In this document: positions 13,340 through 26,161 of the stretch, piece after piece
How positions within the stretch are numbered: the first letter of the stretch is position 1
Layout of the letters: the number at the start of each line of letters is the position of its first letter
DNA from: Octopus vulgaris
Lineage: Eukaryota
Length of the DNA: 64,000 bases
Assembly (NCBI GenBank): GCA_951406725.2
Contig: OX597815.1
Location: 42,656,001-42,720,000, forward strand
Reading direction: 5' to 3'
The notes under the pieces: generated by a model
What the model was told of the DNA's origin: nothing
The model's input: only the letters and a program-made list of their open reading frames with translations
The model's database searches: none
Program-made: the position numbers and the translations under genes

Positions 13340-13598
13340 ATGGCTCTTGTAGAACAAGGTGATAGTGCTCCCCCTGAGAACTGTCATCGTCTTGTCATTC
13401 TTGGATCAGCAAAAGTTGGGAAGACTGCCATTGTTTCAAGATTTCTTGCCAACAAATTTGATGAGAACTACACACCGACCATAGAGGATTTTCATCGGAA
13501 AATTTACCGAATTCGTGGAGCTCCCTATCGGCTTGATATATTGGATACATCTGGGAATCATCCGTTTCCAGCCATGAGACGACTATCGTTTATCACAG
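13340..13598 (+). CDS. RASD1: First coding exon of RASD-family small GTPase (Dexras1/RASD1 or Rhes/RASD2-like); partial CDS
   Basis: ATG 13340 (context CAGAC-ATG-G) gives MALVEQGDSAPPENCHRLVILGSAKVGKTAIVSRFLANKFDENYTPTIEDFHRKIYRIRGAPYRLDILDTSGNHPFPAMRRLSFIT(G). G1 GSAKVGKT, effector YTPTIEDF and DTSGNHPFPAMRRLS are RASD1/2 hallmarks. Donor AG|GTGAGA at 13598/13599, phase 1. RASD1 versus RASD2 orthology is not resolvable here. Confidence 0.93.
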
Positions 13599-15655
13599 GT
13601 GAGAATGTTATCCATATTTATCCTATATGTGTTTGTTATTGCTTATGCATATTTATTTTATATATAATCACTTTCCTGTGATTATCAATGAGGGAATACA
13701 GAAATTTTACTTGTAACCACTAATCTTTTGATTGGTAATGCATAGCAGTGCGTGAGAGCATAGCGAATAAAGTCCTGAACCAATTCGATTTTCAGTCGAA
13801 ACATTTTTATTTCGTTTTAGTTTCTGGAGTCAATGAGACAAGTGTTAGATTCTATAGACGCTTCTTGTAACTTTCCAGTACAAATTAAATTATTGCGTCT
13901 GGACAAAACAAAATTATTTGCCTACAATCTGTACGTTTAAATATAGACTTTAAGGTATATGTATCACCACCAGAAGTTTAAATTCTGCCAGCAACATGAT
14001 ACAGTCAATATATTGTATTAACAAATATTTGCTCTCTTTAACAAAACTGTGTTAATACAAATAAATGATGTGAGCAACTGGAAGATTTGTGGCATTTAAA
14101 GTGGTGTGTTTTAGGCGATAGAATACGTACACAAACTGGATGGAAGATTCCAGATTTATTAGGATTACTAGCTGTTTATCTCTTTGGTGACAATGCTATG
14201 GGTGAAGTATTGTTTATCTAATTTGTTGTTATCAGAGATGAACCAGATATAAAATATTTCCCTTGCAAATGTTTAGTGAGACATTTTCAGATCTCGTCGT
14301 TGTTGGCCATGTTTAGACGTTCATACACTGACGTGGGTATTTGTAAACTATGCTTGTAATTTTTATAAAACATCTTGTGTTGCTGTTCGATGTTTTATTC
14401 ATGCCGCGTATATGTAAGACCGAATGTCTATTAATAATATATGCAATACAGTGGAGAAGGTGGCAACAATGCACCAACAGTTTGAGTAGTGTTCCAGTGG
14501 AATTAATATTCTAATGAATAATGCTTGTGGTAATGTCACTGATATTCTTATTAAACATTTTGTCGTCGATAAATTATATAATGTTGATTGCATGATGCCC
14601 ATAACTTGCTGATATACTGAAGCGTTTTCAGAAAGCTTGGCACCTTAAGTTTCATAATAATGGAAACATTGCATTCTCCAGGATTCTAGTGGTGAAGTGT
14701 TCATAGCTACTGCTACATTGTTTCTTTAGTTTGACCTGAAGATACAATACGTTATGGACTATAGAAGCATATATTTATGTAGTTGGATTCGTGGTAAACC
14801 TCTTTAAAAAATAACTTACCTGCAGTTTAGTTGATCTTGTTTGTAGATACTTCATATCACTAGCGAAGCTAACGTCCATGTGGAATCCAGGAATATCATG
14901 TAACTCTTATGAACATAAGATGTTTTACCTAACTTAGAGTCCTATTATAAATATCATTATAACAAAAGCATGGTGAGGATTGCTGAGTAAGAGTTAATCC
15001 CTTGATTAAATATATCTATGATTCGTTGTCGATTTCCGATTATAGTAGGTTTCCTCTAAAATATTTGCGTCGTTTAATCTACCTTAAATAATGAAAAATG
15101 TTTGACTTACAAGTGTGCGTTGGTTAATGGTATATCTTGATGATATCACAAAATATGATAAAAGCTATCTGTAGCACCATCAGATAAGATGAAGCGTTTC
15201 AAAGTTTGAAAATAACGTTAAACATTCTGACTTTTAAAATTAACGCGTAACACACCAAAACAGTTATAAGTTCTCTACAAACAAACTTTACAGATAATAT
15301 CAACACCGGTGGTGCCCCAGCATGGTCACAGCCTTTAGGCTGTAACATGTAAAAAAAATAACAGAATAACACATTAAACATTTAACTACTAGGGAATTGA
15401 TCCTGCTAAATTATTGCTATTCAGTAATAATAGACGGCCGAGCATAAAAAAAACTGTTTTTACGAATAAATTTAAGCTGCTCTGCTACAGATGTAGCTCT
15501 TTCTTTTTATACATGTGGGTTAATTCTTATCATTATCGTAAACACTGCAGCCCACCAAAATATACAACTAAAAATAGCATCGACGATTTGCTATGAAAAG
15601 CTTAAACGTACACTTATACACAAATATACACTTATACTTAAATACACACCGCACG

Positions 15656-15719
<64 letters not shown>

Positions 15720-15732
15720 TACATATATATAT

Positions 15733-15779
<47 letters not shown>

Positions 15780-16507
15780 CTACCTCATTACAAGAAAAGC
15801 TATACAAGATGTATCGATAATTCCAGAGTCCAAAATTGAGTTTCTTGCTCTCAACACAAAATAAAATCGATTAGAAATGGTTGGAATTGCAGAAAATTGC
15901 GTGGATGGACATTTATTTATTGGAAAGTTAGGCTATATACTGAAGTATGAAAGAGAATTATGCCAAATGTTTCCTTTCCTACAATACCAAAACCACTTCG
16001 GACGATCATTTGCAATGATTGCAATCGCTTCAGCTATGAAATATGATGAGAAAGGGTAAAACAACTTCCTCTTGTTCTGATGTAACAAGAGAATATAATA
16101 CTTTTGAGTGTGTTGAAATGTGTCTGGAAAGACAGAAAAACTTTTTACCATGATGTAATATGTCTAGAGGGAATAACATTTCAACTGTGAAGGCATCTAG
16201 TTGGTATAGAATATCTTATGGGAATCAACGCATTCGGAACAGTGTTAAACTGGTCAATATTAAGAAGAAACTAATCATGAGCCAGAAGTGTAAGATGGTA
16301 ATATATTTTCATGGCAGGCATGATGTTATATGCTGGGAGAGAAACGAGATTTAGGGTCATTTATACTTTCCAAAGGGGAAAAAGCAACATGACTGAAATG
16401 AGATGGTTTGAATTGAGAATCGAAACGAGGTCATATGTTAAATAAAAAAATACAAGGTGAGTTAGCAAGATAATTTAAGTGATAAGTTCTAATGCAAACC
16501 GAATTAT

Positions 16508-16918
16508 GGATCTTTTCGGTTTGAACGGCAGTTTTTAACATAATTTCTAGGTAACTAAAACATTTTAAACTTCGTATACTGGTAGAATGTGTTTATAAAA
16601 CATCTTTTTCTCTTGACTTTATTGAGAAAATTCTATAGTTTGTAAGATATTTGTTGTTTTTTTTTATCTTCAATTTCTGCAATTTCAACCAATCAGTGAC
16701 GTCTATTGAGTTAAAAAGCATCCTGTGCCGTATGAATATGTCCCTCGTTTAAGAAACAGATTGGGTTTATTTACATTTATGAAGAAAAAAAGATACCCTT
16801 CCCCCACCCTAACCCTAAAAGAGATTGAAATACAATAAATTGATTCTAGGGTCATAATTACGAGTAACAATTTTATGTGACACCGCTAGAAAAACTGCCG
16901 TTCAAACCGAAAAGATCC
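16508..16918. mobile_element. Non-autonomous DNA transposon (MITE), 29-bp TIRs, 8-bp TSD (Merlin-like termini)
   Basis: TIR GGATCTTTTCGGTTTGAACGGCAGTTTTT / AAAAACTGCCGTTCAAACCGAAAAGATCC; TSD CGAATTAT at 16500-16507 and 16919-16926. Confidence 0.92.
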
Positions 16919-17834
16919 CGAATTATTACTCTGAAACAAATGTATTTTTAAAACAATGTATATTCTAAAATAAACCTCAAATCTCAGCGTTTCATTGTAA
17001 AATATAATGGTATCTTAATCCGTTACTACGCTCTGGGCAGTATTACTCTAATAACATACTTGATTATGCAGAAGTGGGTGATGATAGTGGATGTAGAATT
17101 TAGAAACTATGTTTTCTAATGATTATATAATATGCCTTCTGAAAGGAAACAGACACTGTCATAACAATTCAACAGAGTTAAATACAAATATATAAATAAA
17201 TAAAAACAACAGAAAGTGCTACATATTTCCTTATAGATAATTTCTGGAATTATTTTGACTTGTAAAACTTCCAATATTATTTGCTAGTAATATTAGGCAA
17301 TTGATGAAATCCGATTCAAATATCTATTTCTGAATTAGAAATAGTGTATTTATTTTCGAACATAAAAAAAGACTTTATTTTTTTAACTATCAGTTTTAGA
17401 TCTTTTATGTAAATTTAACCACTCTGTTTTTGAATGGATAACAGCGAAGAAATGTTTTAAGATTTTTTTACTTGATCACCTGGAAATATTTACTAGAAAT
17501 ATCATTAAATCAAGAAAGAGCCCGATAGCAATCTAACGTAATCGAAATTTCAGCATATCTGACGATCACTAATGGAAAGAATAAGGAGCTTCTGCGTGGT
17601 AGCTCGACATGTTAGAAAAAAAGCAGTCCAATTCATTCAAATCATACAGAGTCAAAGTTGAAACGAAGCATTGGAAAATGTAATCTCAATGGTCAAAAAT
17701 ATCTTTGGATTATATGACTGTTTCACTAGGGTCCGGCTGCGGCTTAATAATACATAACTGTTGAAATGTATAAATCAAGCAATCAATCAAGGAGTAGATA
17801 ATTAGGAAAAACTACTCTGGATGTCCGTGTTATA

Positions 17835-18016
17835 TATTTCTTTACTACCCACAAGGGGCTAAACACAGAGGGGACAAACAAGGACAGACAAACGGATTAA
17901 GTCGATTACATCGACCCCAGTGCGTAACTGGTACTTAATTTATCGACCCCGAAGGGATGAAAGGCAAAGTCGACCTCGGCGGGATTTGAACTCAGAACGT
18001 AACGACAGCCGAAATA
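17835..18016 (-). mobile_element. Headless Meta-like SINE unit with ~18-bp TSD
   Basis: Same core as the 741-1277 cluster; flanked by CTGGATGTCCGTGTTATA (17817-34) and CTGGATGTTCATGTTATA (18017-34). Confidence 0.88.
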
Positions 18017-19756
18017 CTGGATGTTCATGTTATAGTTAACCACATTGGTCAGAATATGTCAAAGTGATGGTTACGTTATCACTGATTTTAGTCGCATCTG
18101 TGTGAAATGTCATCCAGTGACACAAGATATTCAAATTTAGGATTGCTCTGATGTAAGAAAAACAATAGAAATGCTGCTTTTTCGCGAAGTGAATAATATA
18201 TTTAGAATATTTCTGTTAACGTTTCCATTATATTACAAATATAAAAGACCAAAGATCGTTTTGGGGGAAACAGAAAACAGTTACAGCATTCCTATGGAAG
18301 TTAGACAGGCTGATGTGAATTCTGCAGGAAGCATCTATTTTAAAAATCAAACCAGATCTATAGTCATATAACATAGAAGTGGCAGTTGTTTTACCTGCTC
18401 TGGTTATACATTTAGACTGTAAAAACATTTCAGGAATTGATTATATAAGCAAACGTCAATACAATAGTTTTATGAGACCATGTTTCAAGTGTTAAAGAGT
18501 AAGCGATAGCATTTGGTAAGTAGAGAGCTGCAACGTGGTTTCAATTTCTGCTTGTATGTATTTCGGAAAGCGTCAACGTCGTACTTGTTACGTCTTTCTT
18601 CCCACTAAGTATTGGGCATTTGTACTTAATCAAAACGATATCCATAATGTAAATACTGGTTTTTAGAATAACAATAAAAATGTTTGACGAGAATTCTTAG
18701 AATCGTTTAATAATCTAAGCACATATCTCAAGTAGACAAACATTTTCTAAAGTTTAGTAAATGAGTGTAATATTACAAAAATACAATAATCGAATATTCA
18801 AATCAATAACTATCGAAAAGTGTAGTGATTTATATATTCAGTTAATTAGTTCCGTTTTTTTTCTAAAATAATTTTGGGATTTTAGCATCGCATATTTGAT
18901 GAAAAATAAGTTGTATGACAGAATAATGTAAATATCCTTAAACGTTGTACTTCTAATTGTAATTTAATGTTCTATCGCTAATCAAAACGCCACTAATCAA
19001 TAATTACGGAATTACTCTTATCAAGTTAAGAGAAATAAATTAAATATTTAAGTAGTCGTAAAAATAACCACGGAGGCACCGAAGGGACTCTTATGTTGAG
19101 CACAACCTTATTTCTATCAAAGACACTATTTTTTAGCGGCTTAGTCAAGCTAAATGTTCTACAATGTGGATAGATATATTACTGAAATTATTGACAGCAC
19201 AGTTCAAATGACAAATATGACGACATTTGAGTTCGCCTAGTACGTGTCTTGTGGTTCAGAATCATGATATGTTCACTAATTAACATATGTCTCTAGTCTC
19301 AATGAAATTACTGCTACCAAGTAATAGATACGTGGCTCGAGTCCTCTCCATGAGCGTATATCTACTTTTTGTTTAAATACTCTGCTTTTCTTATAGAAAA
19401 ACCCGTTTTAATGATTAATTCATTTTTAATGCAAAATGACTTACCAAGCTAAGATGGTTCATTTATAAACTGTTTCAAAAATAGTAACCAGTAACGAAAT
19501 TACACTCCATAATTTACCCATGATTTCACACGTTACTGGAAGCTAAATAATAAACGAATTCTTGTTATCTATGAATTCTTTTTTTGAATGAATGATCTAT
19601 TATTTTACTGGACAGCTGCTGCGATTGTATTTATATTGTTTACACAGTATTTGCGTAAGAAGAAAGGTGAAGAAATTAAATCTATATCATTTAAAACTTG
19701 GCTCATTCACACTTAGTTAACGCTATACGTGTTGAGTGCCTTTTTCTTTCTTATGT

Positions 19757-19836
<80 letters not shown>

Positions 19837-19878
19837 GTATATGTACACGCACAAATGTGTATATGTATACTTATTTAC

Positions 19879-19914
<36 letters not shown>

Positions 19915-20109
19915 ATGCATGTATGTATGTATGTATGTATGTATGTATGTATGTATGTATGTATGAAAGTGTGTCTGAGTCTGTCTATGTGTATTCGTTT
20001 ACATATTTGCATATATGAATATGTATATGCATTTGTATACACACACACACCTAAATATATATATAAATATATATATATATTCAAAGATACATGTCATAGA
20101 TGCTCTGGG

Positions 20110-20385
20110 TAACATCATCTGTGATGTTTGGGAGGGATCTTAGACTGTGTCTAGTCTTTCAACATCAAACCCCCGTCGCACTGTTGACCTAGCTGAGTGA
20201 TGTTCTGCTGCAGTATGTTGACCCACGTTCTCCTGACTTTTTGTTGGCTGAGTCCAACCTTCCTGATAGCCCGTGTCTCTTCTAAGCCTCCACGGATCTT
20301 CTATATCCTACGTGTCGGTAACGAGCTCCTTATGGAGCACTCACTTCCTGATGACCTCCCATACAACCCCAAAACATACCTTTAA
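20110..20385 (-). mobile_element. Probable RTE-like LINE 3' fragment
   Basis: GC-richer island; minus strand reads ...KVGLSQQKVRRTWVNILQQNI, resembling the RTE C-terminal GRPrrTW motif. Confidence 0.4.
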
Positions 20386-20399
20386 GAGGATGTGGATGT

Positions 20400-21230
20400 A
20401 AAACGCTCAGCATACTAAAAAAGACTATACATGGGTATATTCTCGATGTGGACATCACAATTTAACGGCTATGCACTTGCAATCCCCAAACAGGAGATTG
20501 CTAAGAAATACCTAATGAACAAATAAGACTGCGAAGCTCTTAGAGCTCAAGACGCAACTAAAAATGTAGATTTTGTCATGTTTCTATGGAAGATTTCACA
20601 CTTATGATTAGCAGCTGCCCAAAAATGTTGTCAGGGTACTATCTCCCTATGCGACACTATGTTGTGGCAAAAACAATATACAATGCCGTTCGGGAAAAAA
20701 GACTGTCCTGGAATAAATATAGAAAATCTCCCTATTACACACACAAACATCAACACAAGGAATATTAGTTGAAGATTTCCATTGAAATATCTGTCAACTG
20801 TAGACATAACGTGCCAGTTATTGTTCGGGATAGACATGAAAGCGTGCGTACCGGCGTAGAGATTCAGATGTCCTGCTGATGTAAGTAACTCTTTGAAAAT
20901 CAAAGAGAACGAGGATAACTATGGACAGCTTTTTCGAAATTTCCAGCATCTATATCCAGATTATAAATTCATATTTACACCAATAACAGTGGGTGCACTT
21001 GGTTTTATGAGTAAATGCCTAAGCGATAAGCTAGGATTTTCAGCTGAAAGAAATCGATAAACTAACTTGCACATTACAAATACAATCTGTCACTAAAGTA
21101 TGCAAGATATTTCTTAAATTTAAAATGTGACATTGTTTTTGTTATCTACATTCCAATATGACTGAAATTTGCATATTTGGTAGTAACCAGGTCCTTCATC
21201 AGAAAAAAGAAATTAAATCATTGAAAACAG
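20400..21230 (+). mobile_element. Decayed RLE-type (R4/Dong-like) non-LTR retrotransposon 3' portion
   Basis: QEIAKKYL, CRFCHVSMEDFTLMISSCP (zinc knuckle), MRHYVVAK (RHD-like), CPADV and FTPITVGALGF motifs; stops and frameshifts present. Confidence 0.75.
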
Positions 21231-21275
21231 TAGATAACACACACATACACACACACACACACAAACACACACATA

Positions 21276-21326
<51 letters not shown>

Positions 21327-21327
<1 letters not shown>

Positions 21328-21545
21328 TTAATCCAAACATGAACAAAAGGAAAACATAACAACGCAAGGACGTGGAACAAGTATAGTGTTGTTGGACGCT
21401 CTGGAAAGGAAAGAAAGAAAGAGGATTAAATGTTTCGAGCGGAGCTTTTCGTCAGAAACATAGGAAAAGGAAAGATCGAAGGAAGGGAAGATGGAGGGAA
21501 AAAATCGCCACGATACACACGCGGTCATAAGCATACATACGTAAA
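21327..21545 (-). mobile_element. Short PLE-derived fragment carrying a degenerate hammerhead (21421-21460)
   Basis: Reverse complement TGTTT-CTGACGA-AAAGCTCCGCTC-GAAA-CATT-TAAT; abuts a (TA)n array. Confidence 0.65.
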
Positions 21546-21944
21546 TAAATATGCACATGTATATCCAGTACACAATCGGAAGGACATAGGTTCGACTCTA
21601 TGATCGGGTGGCGGACACGTTCTGTTCTTGAGCAAGTCACTTAATTTCATGTTGCTTTAGTTTTCTCACTTCAAAATGCATTAGTCAGCTGCAGAGTGAC
21701 GCCTGAGGAAAATCGGCCCCAAATCGAGTAAATATAAGAATTCAAGATATCAACGAACTTGATCGCTACGGAAAAGTGGATGGTGATAGTGGTGATAGTG
21801 GTGGGGTGATGATGATGATGATGATGTTGATGATGTTCACACACACACACACCCACGCGCACACACACGCACGCACTCACACAGGCATACACGCACACAC
21901 GCACACACGTATGTAGGTGTGTGTGTGTGCATGTGTATAATGCA

Positions 21945-22535
21945 AAGGAATATCGAATGATAAAAATCAAACACCTAGTCAACATCATGGTGTTTGGAGT
22001 GATCACTTCTGATGGCGACATTATGCCTCCATTCATATTCCAACATGGCCTCAGACTCAACACAGAAGGCTACATGAATGCGGCCCTGGGTCAAGAGGGT
22101 GGCTGCTGGAAGACCCTATGTCTAGCAATAGGACTCTGCATCATACCACACAAGCAGAAGAACTCAGTCATGGCTGTTAGAGAATCTCTGCGACCACATC
22201 ATCCCTAACGTCTAGCCACCTAACTCCCCAGACTGCAAGATCCTTGATTATTGTGTGGGGTGCAGTTGAGCGAGAGACCAATAAAACTCCTTATAACACC
22301 AAAGATGAGCTGAAGATCAGGATTGTGTCTAGAAGAGTTTCAGGAAATTCCGAAGTTGTCTAGAGGCCGTAGTTGAAGTCAATGACGATTTTATTGAATA
22401 AATTTACTCTTTAGCATTTGAAGATATTTTAAAGCAATTTTGTAAATATATCTGTTAAAATGAGATGTCAGTGTCATTTTCATTTTTGCGTAATTTAGAC
22501 GGCAATGTATTCACCTCTTCACCTCTTCACTCTGT
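21945..22535 (+). mobile_element. 3' half of a Tc1/mariner (maT/DD37D-like) transposase pseudogene
   Basis: KHLVNIMVFGVITSDGDIMPPFIFQHGLRLNTEGY, then PPNSPDC..LDY-like motif at ~22215-22255; frameshifted. Confidence 0.75.
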
Positions 22536-23301
22536 GGCAATTTAACAAGTAGCCTACATTTCCCTCTATCAGCACTTATTTTTGTTTCAGTGATGAGAAC
22601 ATGAATAAAAATCGAATGCAAATAGCCTACTATTTAGTCAATATTATCAATTGGTTGGAAAATCTGATGCTGTGAATTACTAAAAAACTACACGTGCTGT
22701 CTGAAAACTGATGCCAGACACGGATTCAGAACCTTAAAATTACCTTAAGTCAGCTGAAAAAGTTTAAATAGCATGACTATTTTTTTTCCCGTGTCAGTTG
22801 TCTTTTAAGCAGATAACGTTTAAACAAGACACGCTGGTTAAGAAAAAAGGCAAGAATAAAAACATAAGGGAGATAACCAACGTTACAATAGTTCAATGTC
22901 ACGCAGACGTAAACCGGATATTTATGGTTTACTAATTGTCCAGTGGCCTACTTTTTAATTCCGACAAAATGTATTGGTTGAAATGCCGACATACAGAAAA
23001 ATCTCGTTCCTCGAATTTACGTAGTCTTTGAAGGTTCTCAAATTTTTAATGAGATATCTAATAAGAATAAACATGCCTGTAGCCACCCGTAACCTGAAAA
23101 ATAAATGAATAAGTAAATAAAATTTTCCGCTAAGTATGTACATTAATTCTGATTCATTAAATCTTAATTTTCTTGGGATTAGTTTCTCCTTACCTAAAGA
23201 TTCGCAAAAAACTACCTAGAAGATTTGCTTTCTTTCTACAACTCCTTAAGCAATTTAATATTTATCTTAATTCATGCCTCCTTGACCTATACCCCTTTGC
23301 T

Positions 23302-23303
23302 TA

Positions 23304-23334
<31 letters not shown>

Positions 23335-23358
23335 GTATTATTATTATTATTATTATTA

Positions 23359-23390
<32 letters not shown>
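23302..23390. repeat. (TTA)n microsatellite
   Basis: Seen directly. Confidence 0.95.
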
Positions 23391-23712
23391 GAGTGAGAGA
23401 GCAGCGCATGCCATCAAAATGACACTGGGGTAAAATATACGAAGCCCAGTATACCTATCATGGCTACCTGTCTGATAAGAGTACACTAGGCACATGCATC
23501 ACAACCATATGTGCGCGACATGGTGATCTCATATCCAGATAAACAGTGCATAACCTTGCAGATGGGGCCCAGTTAGAATTTTCTTCTGGTCGAGTAACCC
23601 ATCCTGCTCAAAAGGTCCCTGAATAAGGATTGTTTAAGAATGTTGAACGAAACACCCATATTTCCAGAGATGAATTATTCAAACCCTAAAGAATCCTTCT
23701 CAACATATGGCT
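23391..23712 (-). mobile_element. Interspersed repeat abutting (TAA)n, likely a retroelement 3' end
   Basis: GC-richer block with a sharp boundary at the TTA array; no ORF. Class is inferred. Confidence 0.5.
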
Positions 23713-25477
23713 CTTAATTAAATGTTCTCTTAATTAAAAATGTTATATGCTTCAAACAATCACGATAGCAAAGCACCATAGAGCAATAAGTAATCTGTTG
23801 ACAGATTAAAAGCATGACGACCCGGTTTGATATTTATTGATGCGAGTTCATCTTAGTTCATCTTAGCGAGTTCTCTTATTCCCTTGAGTAAAATATTTTA
23901 TCGCAACATTTCCATGCTACTGCATCTATAATATTAATCCTTAGACAGACAAGAGACTCAATATGATACGCCTTCTTTTTGCTATCTATATTTTGTATCC
24001 AATGTTGTTACAGAATTTATGTTTATGGATTCAGAGTTTAATCATTATTTGTGTCTATTCTGTACTGGCTTTGCGTTCGATGTTGTTAATTTATATTTAT
24101 GAGTTAAATGTTTATCGCTTTGTGTCTTTCTCTCATCCAGTTACTCTGTTGTGAAGTTTATCACATACATATGTAAAATTGCGTGTGATAGTAATTGTTT
24201 TATCAGTGATCATTGACTGTCTTTTAAGTGGTTACCTACTTATATTGTCCACACACTTCTTGTACAGAGAAAAATTCATAACTTACATTATGTATTCAAT
24301 ATGTCGGAAGTTCTTACTAAATAAAGTTTCATTATTAATAACTAGCTACATGTGGCTCCTTTACAGAATCGTTACAGCATCGGCAGGAATGCTTTACGGT
24401 ACTCTTTCCGGCTCTTTACATTTTGAGTTCAAACCCAGCAGCGGTCACATCCAGGGTCGATACTAGAATCGCAGTTATCGACTAATCACCTCCACTCAAA
24501 ATTGCTGTCCATGTGCTTTAATTATAAATAATTATTAATGACCATATTTGAAAATATGGCTTGAAAGGAGATGCTAGCCTACTGAAAAGTTTAATTTTTT
24601 TCCCTGGAATGGGAGACTATAAACTTAAGACATCAATCTAAAAGATTGAAAAGTGTCTAATCCGAGGTGTTTATCACTGTTTGAAATGATGCCACTATAG
24701 TCCTTTCATATTTCTAGTTTACATGTCTTATGTATGCTTGCGTTTCGTGTTTAAAACACGGATTGCATAATTTCATTGCTTCCTGTTTTAAGAAGTTTGA
24801 GTACTTGAGGTTAACGTGCAGCATTTTTGATAATACTAAGACTTGCCTTGTTAGGCAATTTGAATTGTCGTTTTCTATGTATCTTCACTAAGGATTCTTT
24901 CACACTATTGTAGCAAGTACAGTAAATGCCATGTTGTGCTAATGAGGTTAAAATACCCCTAAAATATGTATTGTTCATGTCTGTTTCCCGTAGTTGCTGA
25001 AATATTTTTTATTAGCCAGTAATTTAATTTGTTTTTTCCTCATCGTCAACTTATTTCTAAGTAGCGTTTTAATTATCCATATATTTATATATTAAGAGAA
25101 CCTTAATCCTATTTACTACATCGATCTGTAACTCACACAGAAACAATACCTACATATCAATATGGTTAGCAAAAACGAGTACAATACTTGTTTAACAAAC
25201 TATAGCACAAAGTAAAAATTATGCTGCATTGGCATGGAAATAATAATTACTATATTGATTTCTTATATTATCACAATGCCTGTTTTACATAAGAAAGGAG
25301 ATTAGTTTGTGTGGTACCCGGTTCTTTCTCAGGTGCTTAATGAAGTTTGCAGTGCAGAAGGCTTACACATGATCATCACTACCATGCTTTAAATAGCATA
25401 CTATATGGTATGTCTAAATGAAATATTCATTATAGGATGATGAATAAAACTAAGAACTTAATAAGTAATATACATCA

Positions 25478-25861
25478 TCTCTCTCTATATAAACGGCAGT
25501 TTGTCTGTCTGCGTGTCTGTGTGTCTGTTAGGTTGTACCCTCACTCTGATCACGGCTTTCAACCAATTCTGATGAAACTTGACACACACATAGCCCAATG
25601 TCATAATTCAAAACTAACGCAGCGAAAATTTGAAAAGTTCCCCCAGTTCTGAAAAAAATCGATAAATTCGACATGGGGTCGAGAATCAGAAACGCAAACC
25701 ACAGACTGTCTAGGGGACGCAACTCGACTTTTTTAACTCTCAAAATAAAAATTACCATAATTTTTTTTCCATTTTTTTGCTATTTTTTGGCTATAACTCT
25801 CTAAAAATGCTTTATAGTTATTTCCCTTACAAACCCGAGCAACGCCGGGCGATACTGCTAG
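25478..25861 (+). mobile_element. Non-autonomous Helitron-type element
   Basis: 5' TC (A|TCTCTCTCTATATAAA), internal (GTCT)-like repeat, subterminal hairpin CCCGAGCAACGCCGGG 25834-49, 3' CTAG|T at 25858-61, no TSD. Confidence 0.85.
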
Positions 25862-26161
25862 TATTACATAAACTGATTGTGATCAAATTCTTAGTTTACA
25901 AGTATACTATATTGTAGCTTAGTCCTTCTCAAGTATTTATAACTATCGCTTCTTTACTTTTACTAACGTTTGTTTGCTTAAATTCATAAACATTAAATAC
26001 GTAACAAAAATTTGCAACCAACCGATTGATCACCATTAAAAGACTACTTGCATATAAATCATTTCTTCAATATAAAATGGAATGCGGAAACAACATTTCA
26101 ATCGCTAACATGAGCTGATGATTCACCCATAGAATAACAGCAAAAAATACCTTTGAAAATT

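Noticed and set aside
13274-13681. 135-aa ORF as a complete protein
   Set aside because: Starts at a TTG and reads through the splice donor; homology spans only 13340-13598, and G4, G5 and CAAX are absent.
21150-21205. CTGATGA on the minus strand at the LINE 3' end
   Set aside because: No correctly placed GAAA or stem III.
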